This document shows positions 52,019 through 64,000 of a stretch of DNA of 64,000 bases, one piece after another. Source of the stretch: Geosiphon pyriformis uo1 (taxonomy: Eukaryota; Fungi; Glomeromycota); assembly GCA_016748015.1 (NCBI GenBank), contig JAAOMT010000183.1, positions 242,052 through 306,051 on the forward strand, written 5' to 3'. Position 1 is the stretch's first letter; each line of letters begins with the position of its first letter. The notes below the pieces were generated by a model. That model was not told the DNA's origin. It did no database searches and saw only the letters and a list, made by a program, of their open reading frames with translations. Both the position numbers and the translations under genes were made by a program.

Positions 52019-54003
52019 GGATTCGAATTTTTGACTGGCCGGGCCCTCAAGATCAAAAATCGGGCAATAATTTCGGAATGTTTTTATGTAATCAAACGAA
52101 AACCGTTTTTGATGTAAAAATTCAGCTTCATTTGTATGACCTCGAATTTCCATAACTGATGTCTGCCTCTCTTTTTTCCTGAATTCCTAATGTTGCAAGA
52201 AACCAAAATGTTCACAAAAAGTCCTAAAAACGAAATTTGTTTCAGAGGCATTTAAAAGGTTCTTTTAAAAGTAATCGATAGAAGAATAGGATATTCACAG
52301 GTTCGACTTGAAAGATATATCGAAGAGAATATTCTCGCGTCTAAAGGTTGAATTCTCATTACAACTACAGCAGTTAGAAGACAGTCACTTGGTTTAACCC
52401 GGAACTTGGGCAGGTGAGTTCCAGCTTCGGGAAGAAAGTATGAATTCTAATATGCAAGCGTGACTAGGCAAAAGATTAACAATACAGGGATCGTGTTACT
52501 GGAACAGTCTCTTTTTTCCATGGTGCACGTAATCTTAATGTTAAACTCTAATAATTTCCATATGAATGATTTCCCTCATTCATATTCGCTAAATTGAATA
52601 GCAAAGATGGACCTTCACGACCAACACAATATTTCGTAAGATCTTTTTTTTGGTTGTTCATATTAATGTAAATAAAAATATATTTAAGAACATCGAAACG
52701 AGTTTTATTGGCAGGTTCAAAAACGGCTTCAATCAATGAGTGTTCAATAGTATTCGATTAATTCATTTAACACTTACCGATCAAAAGTAGTTATTGTGGA
52801 GGGAGAGAATGCGTTTTTTCTCAAAGCGAATGATAAGACGAAAAAACTTTTCTTTTAATTTTGATCATTTCTTTAATCAAATTTTCATTGATTGTGAATA
52901 TAGACTTTAAGTGAAAATGGGTACGAAATTTTTTCGATGAGAAAATTTTGATTTTTTTAAAACAGACAAATCAAATCATTGAATGACAATAAAAAGTATT
53001 GAAATATAATTGATTTTCAAGGCATACAACTTTCCATTATTTTTAATATTAAAATAAATGTGTTTTTTATTTCGAAGGCTAAAGTGACAAAGGGTTAAAG
53101 CTGAGTAAATTTTTGGTTCGGTAGCGGATTTGGCTACCAGTTGCTGCGGCAAAAAAAACTGGGAGGAAAAAATTGCACCAGTAGAGACATCAAGGAAAGG
53201 AATTGTGGCATCTGGTGTGGGAACACAGCATTTGGCTGCCATAAGCAAGAGGGTTTAAAAGAATTGGTAGATGTTAACAGATATATCAATTTTAAAGATT
53301 GGGTAGGGAGCATTTCAGGTGGCCGGTCACATGTAGAAAGCACAATCTTCGAATTCTTATTTAATTTATATTTTTCAAATTTAGTTTATAATATAATTTA
53401 AATTTTCTTTTTCTGATGAAAATTTCCAACTTATATTTTATAAAATATTTTTTATTGACATCCGTTTATTTAAAACATGTTTAATAGATATTTAAGCGTT
53501 TTACTGTTATAATATTTTGACATGCTTTATTAAAAGTGTGGCTGCAAATATTAAATTTTGAGGTTTAGGTTTATGTTTAGGTTTTATTGGCTATATATTT
53601 TTACAAACACTCAAATTATCTAAAAAAAAAGTTCATTGAAAAATATTGTTAATTTATAATACATTTGTCATTTATTTTTTTATACTTTAAAAATAGTAAT
53701 CATAACAAAAAAATATGAATTAAAAAAATTATCACTAAAATTTATTGTTTTTTTACAGTATTTCTTTCAAAATTTTATTTATTTTGTAGCTGTTATTTTC
53801 AAACTTTGTAAAAATAGTATTTTATTAATATTACAAGTATAATACTTATTTTTAGTTAGAAATACTTAATTTTGACTAAAATTAAGTGCAAATTGTATAA
53901 TAAACATCTAAAATAAGTTTTTAATAAATTGTTACATTTTATATTAATAAGACTTAATTAAATAAACTTTATATAAAGTTCATTTGCTTTAATTTAAGCT
54001 ACT

Positions 54004-54004
<1 letters not shown>

Positions 54005-54037
<33 letters not shown>
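54005..54037. repeat. (AAT)n microsatellite
   Basis: About 11 copies, directly visible. Confidence 0.9.
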
Positions 54038-54952
54038 TAAATTTTAGTTATTAAAAATAAATTATTTAGCCAAAATATAATTTAAAAATTAATATGATTT
54101 AAAAAACAAAAAAAAAGAATAGCAACAATATTATTAATATTTTGTTAATATAACAAAAAATGACTATATTGTTTACATTTTTTTAGTAATCGTATTTTAA
54201 TTCCAAACTTAAATTTAATTAATTAATTTCTTGAAATAAAATAAATATTATGTGCTAATATTAAATTTTCTAATCGTAAATTATTTAATTTATAGTTAAA
54301 ATATATGTTACTGATGGTTTTATTTTTTTTTATTTAATTTTTTATTTAATTTTTTATTGAAAAAAAATCATCCTTATGCAGAAAATAAAAAAATATATTA
54401 CTTTATTTATTATAATTTATAATAAATCTTTTTTGTTTCAGTTATGTAAAATTATTGCCTTAAGCAGAGTATTAACAGCATCATACAAAAATTACTAAAA
54501 AAAAAGCCTCTCGCATACTTATACGGCTAAATATTCAATAGGGCTTACCTAATCTCCATGGCAAAGAAATCAAAAAGTCCGCACCAATTTGAAATAGAGC
54601 GCAAGTCCAATATTGTTTTATTGTTCATCCTAATTTGGATAAATGGCTATTTTTCTCAAATTTTAATATTCATGTTGCATATGTACATGAATAATAGAGT
54701 TGGCGGAAAGATAACTTATATTCCCACGTATGCAAGTTCTAAATGGAAACCGTTTTGCTAGATTACAAAATCCCTTTTAAAAAAATATTAAAGACTTATA
54801 TCTATCATCAAATTTGACCTTTTTTTGAAATAATAAAGAGGATTATGGTTTTATGTCTGATGATAAAAGGAATCAAATTTGAGTAACCTTAGCAAAACAG
54901 CTAAACCACTTATATAGACTTATTTCTAAGGAACCTTTTTTTTGGATCAAAT

Positions 54953-56942
54953 ATGAACACCAATGAAAAAAACACGCTAGCTAAAAACCAATTTGAAGAG
55001 GAAAATACTCGCCAAGAAAAAATTTCAGTTATCGTATCGGATGGCGTGTCTAGCATTGGTGATGGATCAAGAAGCTCGCAAGCTTCCTCCACAAGGAGAT
55101 TGATTCGAGATATTAAAGTCAAGAAACGAATTTACGGTATTAATAAAGTTAAAGTGCAATCTATTTTCGCAAAAATAAAACTTTTGAGATAATCTCTATC
55201 TTTATACCTTCATAGAAACATTTATACAAACCAATAGCGTAATCAATCTCTTTTTAACCTTCTCCTCTGTACTTTTATCCTTCTTCACCCGCATACACAA
55301 AAACTACTTAACGGTGCTCAGAAAAAATATCTCCTTATTGTGGAAGACTACCCTCGCCTTCATTTTGTTAAAATGCAAGAAATTCTCCTCTGTACTTTTA
55401 TCCTTCTTCACCCACATACACAAAAACTACTTAACAGTGCTCGGAAAAAATATCTCCTTATTGTGGAAGATTACCCTCGCCTCCATTTGGTTAAAATGCA
55501 AGAAATTCAAGGCCTACATATTAAACAATTTTTTGAAAGATCTTGGCAAATTCCTTAAAATGATGGGCAAAGGCCTCTATTTATTAGCTAAGGCCGCCTT
55601 ATTATTTGTCAAAGGAATCCTCATGTTATTATTTGGGACCATCGAGTTAGTTGCCGGTATTTTTTCGGTTCTATTGATTTTATTGATATTATATTACATA
55701 ATTATTGCGGTATGTGAAATTGTTAACGCTTAAATTAAAAAAGTATAATCAGTTTTTAACAGTCTTTTTATACAGATTCCGCTTTTGATTCATGACCACC
55801 AATGCAATATTTTGAAGGCTTCTAACGGCCCTGTAACTCGTTTAATTTACGATCCATTAATATTTGAGGACTTGGATATTAGTGCATTTGGTAGTAATTA
55901 TATCGTGAGTCTTAATAAGCTCGTCTCTTTCAGTATGAAAAAAATTAATATTTTAAAGTAAATTCTATGCTTTTCTTGATTAGAACCGAAATGTTTTTAT
56001 TTATCAAAATAGCGCAACTACACCAAATATCAAAGTTGATTTTCAATCGATTACACTTCAAAAAAAGGCCATCGAACATACACTTTCTCAAGGTAGAGAT
56101 GCACAGAGATTAAATTTTGTAAGTAAATTTTATCAAACGCATTTAAATATTAACTAAATATCTAATAAGACTTTTAAATAACGCTTACACAAGTATTATC
56201 CAAGCAGTTCGGGCTTTTGGAAGTTTCTAAGTGTAGATAGATTAATAGGTAGATGTGCAAGCATTAACATAGATATTCACCTTCCAAATAAGCTAAAAGA
56301 CCCTCAAAAAACGATAACAAATTTGAACATCAAAAATTTCAATGTAAATATAATGGAAAACTTTGCAATCTATAATCATTCGGGACTAAATATTAAGGCA
56401 ATTAATGGAAATATCAAGGTTTATGTAAATATTAAAAATTTTATAGTAAATTATTAGAATTCACTTTCTAACGAATGACTTAATTAAATTAGGACTTATC
56501 AGCTAGTTCGGTCTCTTTATCCACAGAGCAAGGTGGAAATATAACTGGAAGCATCGCTGAAATCCAAGATAAATTATACGCAAGCACTAGCAAAGAAAAT
56601 TCTATTAGCCTTATTATTAAATCCATTACTGGTAAAGAATCCCCTAGAATAACAGCTAAAACAGAGAGAGGAGGTATATCGTTGATTTTTGTAGGTGATA
56701 TTCCATTTTTATAAAATTATTTTACATGTTCCTCATAATTAAAATTTAAAAATCCTTCGTAGGATAACCATACTTTTTCGGGTATTTATAATCTAACCAC
56801 AAACAAGGGTAATATTACTATAAATTCTCAAAAGCAAGATACCAAAAGAACATCTGGAACTGTTTATGGAGTAGGAATTAAAAATCTTAATGCAAGCTTA
56901 ATAGCAAATTCGGTTAGCGGTAATATAAAAATTAAATTATAA
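54953..56942 (+). CDS. Type-II membrane protein with an extracellular DUF4097/adhesin-like beta-repeat domain; about 7 exons
   Basis: Acidic cytosolic N-terminus and TM segment GIFSVLLILLILYYIIIA|IPLLI. Later exons give CASINIDIHLP and repeated xNGxI-like units (AINGNIKV, TEQGGNITG, TERGGISL, TNKGNITI, SVSGNIKIKL*). Splicing is in frame throughout. Confidence 0.72.
55260..55505 (+). repeat. Two near-identical 123-bp in-frame tandem copies (41 aa)
   Basis: TTCTCCTCTGTACTTTTATCC...AAATGCAAGAAA at 55260-55382 and 55383-55505. Confidence 0.95.
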
Positions 56943-57538
56943 TCTCCTTATTTCTTAACTTTTGTATTGAGTTTTCCTTTGTAATTTTTTTTTAAATATT
57001 TTGTTGTATTTATTCATATGGTTATTATTATAAATTTTTTCGTTTTCAAATGCTTTATGGGTTTGCTTAACTTTTTCAATATTTGAAAATTAGAAAAATA
57101 TATCAGACTTCGTTCGAATTTCAATGAAATATTCATTTGTCCACTATAAAAATATATAACTAAATTTTTACTTTGAAATAGGTTTGCAAAAGATATTTAA
57201 TCTATTTACGTTTGTTTTCAAACCTGTCTGCAAGAAAGCAAAAAATTGAATGGTTTATTTTTTTATGAAAAGTTTTATAAGGAATTTTCAAGGGGAAATC
57301 AATAATTAAAATCTTAGTCCATAATTATGAATATATCTTAAAAAGAATTACTTAATCTTTATTTAATGAAACAATTAATTTCACCACTATGCGAAATTAT
57401 GTTGCAAATGTTACATGTATTTAAAAAAAATAAAGCATAAACTTTATTAATGGAAAACAAATGTTTAGCTATAGGTTGGATAAAAATTTCTTTTTAAAAC
57501 TTATTTTAGCATCGAGTCAATAAATTGAAGAATTATTT

Positions 57539-58425
57539 CTAATGGAATAACATTTCATTCAATAAAGACTGCCTCTTCCAAGTCAGCTCTGTTTGTGGCT
57601 TTGGGTTTTCGTGAATCCAATTTTTAAATTTCCCCCAAATATTTCGATTAGACCAAAGGTCTAGCGATTTTGGGAGCCATTTTGAAGTCATAATTTCAAG
57701 ATTATCTTGGAGTTCTTTCACAAGCTTGCACTTGTGAATTGGATCTATATGCTTCACCAGATATACGTGAGAGGGTACATCTCCATACCATGATAGATTT
57801 TACGTTCCCTTTTGACGGTTTTTCGTGTATGATCAGGGTTATGAAGTTCACTTTTTATAACAGCATGCACGAAATTTTCCCTAAGAATTGATGCAATCTC
57901 TAAAAATCTTAATCGTCTTTAGAAAATCATCCTAATTTTGTGTCACCCGTCTGTACTTAAAAGTATAAGAAGCATTGAGTGTTCCTGATAATCAATTTGA
58001 AATTGAAATCAACTAAGAAAATCCCACAAAAATTTGCCGACGTTATTTCCGAAAACCTTAAACTTTTGAAGTTGATCATTTTTTACCAACAGCGAAAGCC
58101 CCACTGCTGAAAATCCTTAAAAAAAACCTGAACCTGACATCATTAAATATTTTCCTGATGATCTCGAAGACGAGTGCATCCATGTCACTATAGAGCCATC
58201 TGCTTCCACTGATAGATAATCTCTTTACCTCTGGCTTAGCTTTTTAGTGTTTATTGAGAAAAGGCTTCATAATTCGCTTTTTAACTTTGTTAACGTCAGT
58301 TTATAGTGGACAGAAAAGTTCCCGCTTCTACGTGAGAGTGGCGCAAACAGATTATTCAGTGACAAAGCATTCGCAATCCCAGACTTCCAAAGTCTCTTTG
58401 TAAACATGATTTCTTTAAACATCAT
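57539..58425 (-). pseudogene. Possible decayed Myb paralogue
   Basis: Presequence-like start MMFKEIMFTKRLWKSGIANALSLNNLFAPLSRRSGNFS. Fragments RWLYSDMDALVFEIIRK, KIYHGMEMYPLTYIW and KHIDPIHK..LVKELQDNLEIMTSKWLP lie in broken frames. Confidence 0.3.
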
Positions 58426-60136
58426 AACTGGTGCTGATTAGCTGATGAGCAAATAAACTTGGCAGCTTAAGAAATATCAAAATTTAGCTGAAACTAAAAA
58501 TATATAACATTGCTATACAATTATTTTTATTAGCCTTGCAAAAATATTAAATATACCAATTTTAAATAATATGTTTAAATTTTTTGTTTCATCCATAACT
58601 TTGGTAACTTTCTATTCATAGAATATGACAATAATTTTTATATGAGTCATAAATATTAATTCTTAAGTGTTTGTAATAAAAATGATTACTTAAAGTTATT
58701 TTCGGCAATAAATATGGTCAAAGATTAAATCTAAACAGAAAATGTGATATTGTAGAGTCATATTCCTCCCATACGGATTCTTCCAAATTTCCGTGAGAGG
58801 CCTTTTTGCTATTAAAAACAAATTAGGCTGGTAATTCTGACGCTTACTCGAAAATTTGTTCACATTAAATGTATACTTTAAAGAAAATCTTTTAATGCAT
58901 TATCCAATTTGCTAGTAATCCCAGTTAAAATTTTATCATTGAGCAGAAACTGGTTTATCAAAATTTTAATTTCAATTTGATTTCGCATACCCAATTCATG
59001 TGCTTCAAATTTCTCATATCACAATCTTCTTTACAAAAGAGGGACTCGTTAGTAAGCAATTAACTCTTAAGAAGGGTTGATTTTAAAATTCCTTAACTAT
59101 ATCTGCAATTGAATCGATATATATCTGTGTAGGGCAACTGAAAAGTTCAATAAGATGGCATGTATAGAAAAAATTCCAGATTATTAGCAATCTGTTTTAG
59201 GGGAAGATTTTCGTGTAAAATGCCTAATATACTAAAGACAGGCTGACCGCTGACCAAAGGCATTTCCAAAAAAGATTGTGGCAGATAAAAATTATTATGA
59301 TCCATATCTTTTCTAACTGGAAAAATTTATATACGGGAATCCAATAATACAGTGAGAAAATAACTATTGCTGGCAGGTTAATATCTTTATATCACAATCA
59401 TAAGCTTGATTTGCATATTTCAGCTTAGACTTTACCTTATCTGGTCATTAAGATGAATAAAGTTACAGCCAAAATTTCCTTCTGAAAAACCGGATGAACG
59501 TCCCTGGAAAAAAAATTTCACTGGAAGGCTAGCATTGCGGGACTGACACGTTTTGGGAGCTTTCTAATCAAATTTTATTTCCAAAAATATTAGGTAATCC
59601 TTATTTCTCTACGTCACAATGAGGAGATTGACCTCTCCTCGTGATATCACTAAAAATCTTTCAATCAGTCGCTGGAAAAAAATCCTTGGTTGATGAATCG
59701 TGGCACCCCAGATCTGGAGCTGCGCTAAAAACAAACTTTTACGCCAAACCCGAAAAAATTTTTGTTGTACTTTGATGCTAATTGTTGATGATACCTCGAT
59801 GTAAATAGATATTACCACGTTATGTGGTGGCATAGTGCATATTGAATTTGCGAAAATCAATCAAACATGACAATGTGATTCAAATTATCGGATCACTCGT
59901 CATCATTTTCTTGGTTATTTATAATTTTTGGCAGAAGCTTACTTGCTTATTGATCGAACCCCTTCATTAAGATTTCAACAAGATTCCAGGATCACTTAAG
60001 ACTTTTCAATCCTTCAAGATTTGAAGCTTTACCCTGTGAAAAATCAAGCTTTTATTGGAAAATACATACTCTTTCGGAATTCATTATAGCTGAAAAAAAA
60101 ACTACACAGAAGATTTACGTTCAACTCAATAACCCG

Positions 60137-60841
60137 ATGTTTAATACTGGTGAAAATTGGCGAGCAGAAATTTGTAGCATATTAGTAAGAAGGACCCATT
60201 ATTTAAAACAAATGATCAAAAACTATGGGTCTCAAATTTACAAAGGTGTCACCCAGGTACAAAATCCAAGTTCATTACAAATTCGATGGCACTGTAAATA
60301 TCTATACGAAGGTTGGGTTACTACCATGAAGTCAATGAACATCAATTTATGTCGACAACCAAATTCGTGGACAACTGAAGAGATCAATATCTGGATCTGG
60401 CTCACGAAATATATTCGGGCTCTGCTAGGCACGGCAATGAACGTCTTTTCATGGACTGCTCAAACAGCAGACCCGACTTTCCTGACTGATCTTGATGAAT
60501 GGGAATCAGAGCTCATCCGACTCACTCTAATCCCTAATAAAATCGCGTTTTCTTCGATATTTCCACCTGATATGCAGCAACAATATAACAACATATCGAG
60601 TAATCCTTATACTGAAGTTCATGATTGTATACCTTCAGAATTTTACAATCATTGGGGAGTATGGATATATAATGAAGGGAGGTCTTCTTTATCATCCTTC
60701 CGAAATCGACCCTTAAATCCGGTTGAATTCTTGGATCGGCAAGAATTTGGAAGAATAATTGAACAGGAAAACGAAACAACAAGGAACACCCTGAATATAA
60801 TTGAGCTTGGTATGATTTCAAACCCAAATGCTTCTCTCTGA
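60137..60841 (+). CDS. Intronless 234-aa Trp-rich orphan protein
   Basis: A clean ATG-to-TGA ORF of 705 nt in a stop-rich background; no domain recognised. Confidence 0.6.
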   Translation: MFNTGENWRAEICSILVRRTHYLKQMIKNYGSQIYKGVTQVQNPSSLQIRWHCKYLYEGWVTTMKSMNINLCRQPNSWTTEEINIWIWLTKYIRALLGTAMNVFSWTAQTADPTFLTDLDEWESELIRLTLIPNKIAFSSIFPPDMQQQYNNISSNPYTEVHDCIPSEFYNHWGVWIYNEGRSSLSSFRNRPLNPVEFLDRQEFGRIIEQENETTRNTLNIIELGMISNPNASL

Positions 60842-63322
60842 ATTCTGGAGAGTCAAAGAAGGATCATTGATTCCGTCAAATTTAAGGGAGGAACTATTAT
60901 GAAGTTTGATCGGCAGCTCTTTGATATACGTGGGAGAAGCTTGCAAGTATTTTTAACTTTAAAGATTCTTGAAATACTCCTTAAGGTGTGAATAAAAGTA
61001 TAGCATGTATTATCAGTTAGCATTTATTAGTGCAACAAAGGTCTTGATAAAATTCCAAATTTAATCTTGCCTGCATCCTTAATTGGGATGACCAAAATTT
61101 CAGCGTGATCAAGAAAGCCTTTTTGATCTTAATAATCTGCTCTAATTAAATTCGATAGTTTTAACCGACACCATAATTAATATAAATATTCCAAGGTTTT
61201 ATTTTTAGCTGTGAAGGGGATTTGACACTGGGCCTATTTTCCATGAAATCTCCATGTTTCTTGCCTTTAGATTCAGTCATTCTCGGTGATAGTGGACCCT
61301 GATTCAATCTGATAAATTTTGCCTCATTTTTCAAAGGTTGATGGTAAATTCAATCCTAGAGAGGGGCTCCCTAATTGGAATAACAGTCTTTCAATCACGA
61401 ATTAGATAAAATTTTCAATTTTCTTGGGGATTCAAAGTTTGCCATTTGACATCAATTTGGTTTATGGCTTAAGTTTGACCAAATTCTCATGTCTATCAGC
61501 TACCAGTTGCACAACAGAGTCAAAAACAAATTTTGGGTTCTTTTGGAAGAGCTTTTTATTCTAGAATACAATCAAATTATTCATAGATTGATTTTTTCAA
61601 AAAATTTTATGCAGAAAAAAATTTTACGTTGTTTTTAATGCTTATACTCTGCTTCTCATCAAAACCTTGAAAAGATATATCGATTATAATAAAATTTGTG
61701 AAAAACCCAAAAGTATTTCTTGAGTTATGAAGAAAAAATGGGATAAAATGGTTGGTTTAATTTAAAAAGTTATCTAAACACTCGATTTGAATCAAAGCTA
61801 AAAGTATATCTTTACATATTTTTAAACACATTTAGCATTTCTTGAAAAGGATGGCATACAATAATGAAGTTTTTGAGTTTGAAAAAAAAAGACTGCGATC
61901 AACATTTGAAATTCAAAAAAGATAAAATAGGTAATTTATCTCAAAGTAAAGATCTATGAATAATTAAAATTACTAATTATTTATTTGTTTATAATTAATT
62001 TATGATATGATTGTCTTTACTAGTATTTTACTTGGGATTGGATGCAAGGGGGAACCCTGAAAAGCAACAAGGTTAGTAGTAATACCTAAACTAGTGGTAA
62101 ACGCATTTACACCACTTTCTTGATCAAAGAGGTTCTATCACCTTCTACACTATTCTATCGTTTTCGCCAGGGGGGGCGGGGGGTTAAAGTATGGAATAAA
62201 TGTGTAAAGCGACTCGTGACAAAAAAATGCTGATTATTAGTTTGTAAAACAAATTGGCAATAAAATATACATTAAAAAATCGATATTTTAAAAATATAAA
62301 GATTAAAAAAATATTGATAATGCTAAATAATGCTGATTTATTGTTTCATAAAAAATTCTAAGATCTAATTTAATCATTGAGTATTAAAAAAATAGTTTAA
62401 TTAATATTTCAATCGATTAATTAATAGGTAAAATAAATTTAAATTTAAAAGTGCATAATACTAATGACTAGCCAATCACTTTTGATATTTATTAATAAAC
62501 CAATATCTTTTTTCAAATAAAATATCACTAATAGTATATCATTATCATTAAACAAAATCAATTCCGGATCAATTTGACTTTTAAAAATGACACTTTTGAT
62601 AATAAATCTGTTAAATGATAAATTAATATTATAAAAATAAGAAATATATATATATATTTAAAATTTGAGTTAGATTAACTTCATAAGATTATAAGATTTA
62701 ATCTAATTTACTTTAGGAATCGTCGGTTAGAAAATTTTTAATTTGGTTAACAACAACCTTCTTGCTTTCCAAATTTCGCTACGTAATAATTTACAATCAA
62801 TTTAATCTCCAGACTACCAGCACTACGAACGACCATAACGGTATTTGTAACACTAAAAGTGGAAAATATACCAATGAGAAAAGATCAAAATTATCAAAGT
62901 AAAATAATACAATAAAGTTTTCTAGATTTATTTAAGAGTAATGACAGCTTCAATTCGGCGAGGCATAGAGCTAATCAATTTTCGATATATTTTTGTGCTT
63001 TGGACTGGTTAAAATTTGAGGTTGTCCTAATTGTTTTGGAGAAGTTTTTTTGTGTCAAAACTCGGTAAATAATTTGTTTAAGACATGGAATAAGATTTTT
63101 ACACGCAAAAATGCCATGTTATTGATTATAATTAATTTTTTTTATCTATTGCATCCAACAAGATACGGTAAATACTAATTTTTTTCTCTCTTAAACCCTA
63201 GCAAATTAGTCAAAATAAAAGCATTTTTTTATTTAATAATTAGGACGCCTTTATATTAACGCCTTTATTTCGCGAATAAATAATAAAAATATTGCCCAAA
63301 AACTTGTAAATAATTATTCTTA

Positions 63323-63344
63323 ACTTTTGTCACCCCCCTCTGTA
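63323..63344 (-). mobile_element. Solitary Tc1-like terminal inverted repeat
   Basis: The minus strand reads TA|CAGAGGGGGGTGACAAAAGT, resembling Tc1-family ends. No partner was found in the window. Confidence 0.3.
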
Positions 63345-64000
63345 CACCAATAACGTTATCAAATTATTAGTAAATTTGAGGTTTTAAACCAATAAAAAAC
63401 TGAAGAACAGTTTTTTAAAAGTATTTTTTAATTAATATTAATGCAATATGGTGAAATCTATAATGGATAACTTATTCAAATATATAATTAGGAAAAAAGA
63501 TTTTGATCTAAAAAAGATAAAAATAGAATAAACAATAATCATTAAAAGTAAAATTAAATATTTATCAAAATTAAAAATATTCTAATGTATAAATTAATTG
63601 GATAATATTAGGATTATAATTTAACACATTTAATAATCCATGGATTTCTTTAATCCATTCATTTAATCAAATCAAATCAAATCAAAATGAGGCAAAGAAA
63701 AATGATTGATATTCTTGGCTTTGTTCTTTTAATATACTGTTGACCTAAACATGTGAAAAAAAATCCTTTAACATCGACTTTGATCTGGGGATAAATAATT
63801 CTTACTAAAACACATTATGCAACAATTTTATTTCTCGGCATGTGAAAATGTGGTCACAATATTTATTTTATGTAAGTTATAATGCGAACTCAGCTTGAGA
63901 TAGCATCATAGATTTGAAAGAATTAAAAAAAATGATAAAGAACCATTCAAAACCCTTAATTTTTATTATTTAAAATTAAAAACTATTGATTATTACAATT

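Noticed and set aside
52976-53401. Overlapping short ORFs in a GC-richer patch
   Set aside because: No frame is favoured and no domain was recognised.
55260-55505. Repeat considered as a CRISPR-like array
   Set aside because: Two adjacent in-frame coding copies with no spacers, in a eukaryotic gene.
59701-59713. TGGCACCCCAGAT as a possible retroelement primer-binding site
   Set aside because: It is not preceded by an LTR-ending CA and cannot be matched to this organism's tRNAs without a search.
63665-63685. (AATCA)4 repeat considered as telomere-like
   Set aside because: A short internal pentamer microsatellite, not TTAGGG.

Overview
This is AT-rich, intron-containing eukaryotic DNA with short (about 60-110 nt) introns. 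The gene families point to an early-diverging fungus, most likely Glomeromycotina (arbuscular-mycorrhizal or Geosiphon/Ambispora-like; inference). Gene models were spliced by hand. They include a secreted pepsin-family protein with broken catalytic motifs, about five F-box-type genes, a HAK/KUP K+ transporter, a class-3 lipase, a decayed dual hybrid histidine kinase, a GPI-anchored Ser/Thr-rich protein, a tail-anchored protein, a type-II membrane DUF4097-like protein and an intronless orphan ORF. Mobile and repetitive content includes two Tc1-type transposase relics, a 141-bp MITE, several extremely AT-rich islands and one assembly gap. The most striking signal is four Myb/SANT-repeat genes, plus a possible decayed fifth. 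Each has an N-terminal extension resembling a mitochondrial presequence. This suggests an expanded family of organelle-targeted Myb nucleic-acid-binding proteins, a hypothesis not tested here. No rRNA, tRNA or CRISPR array was recognised.
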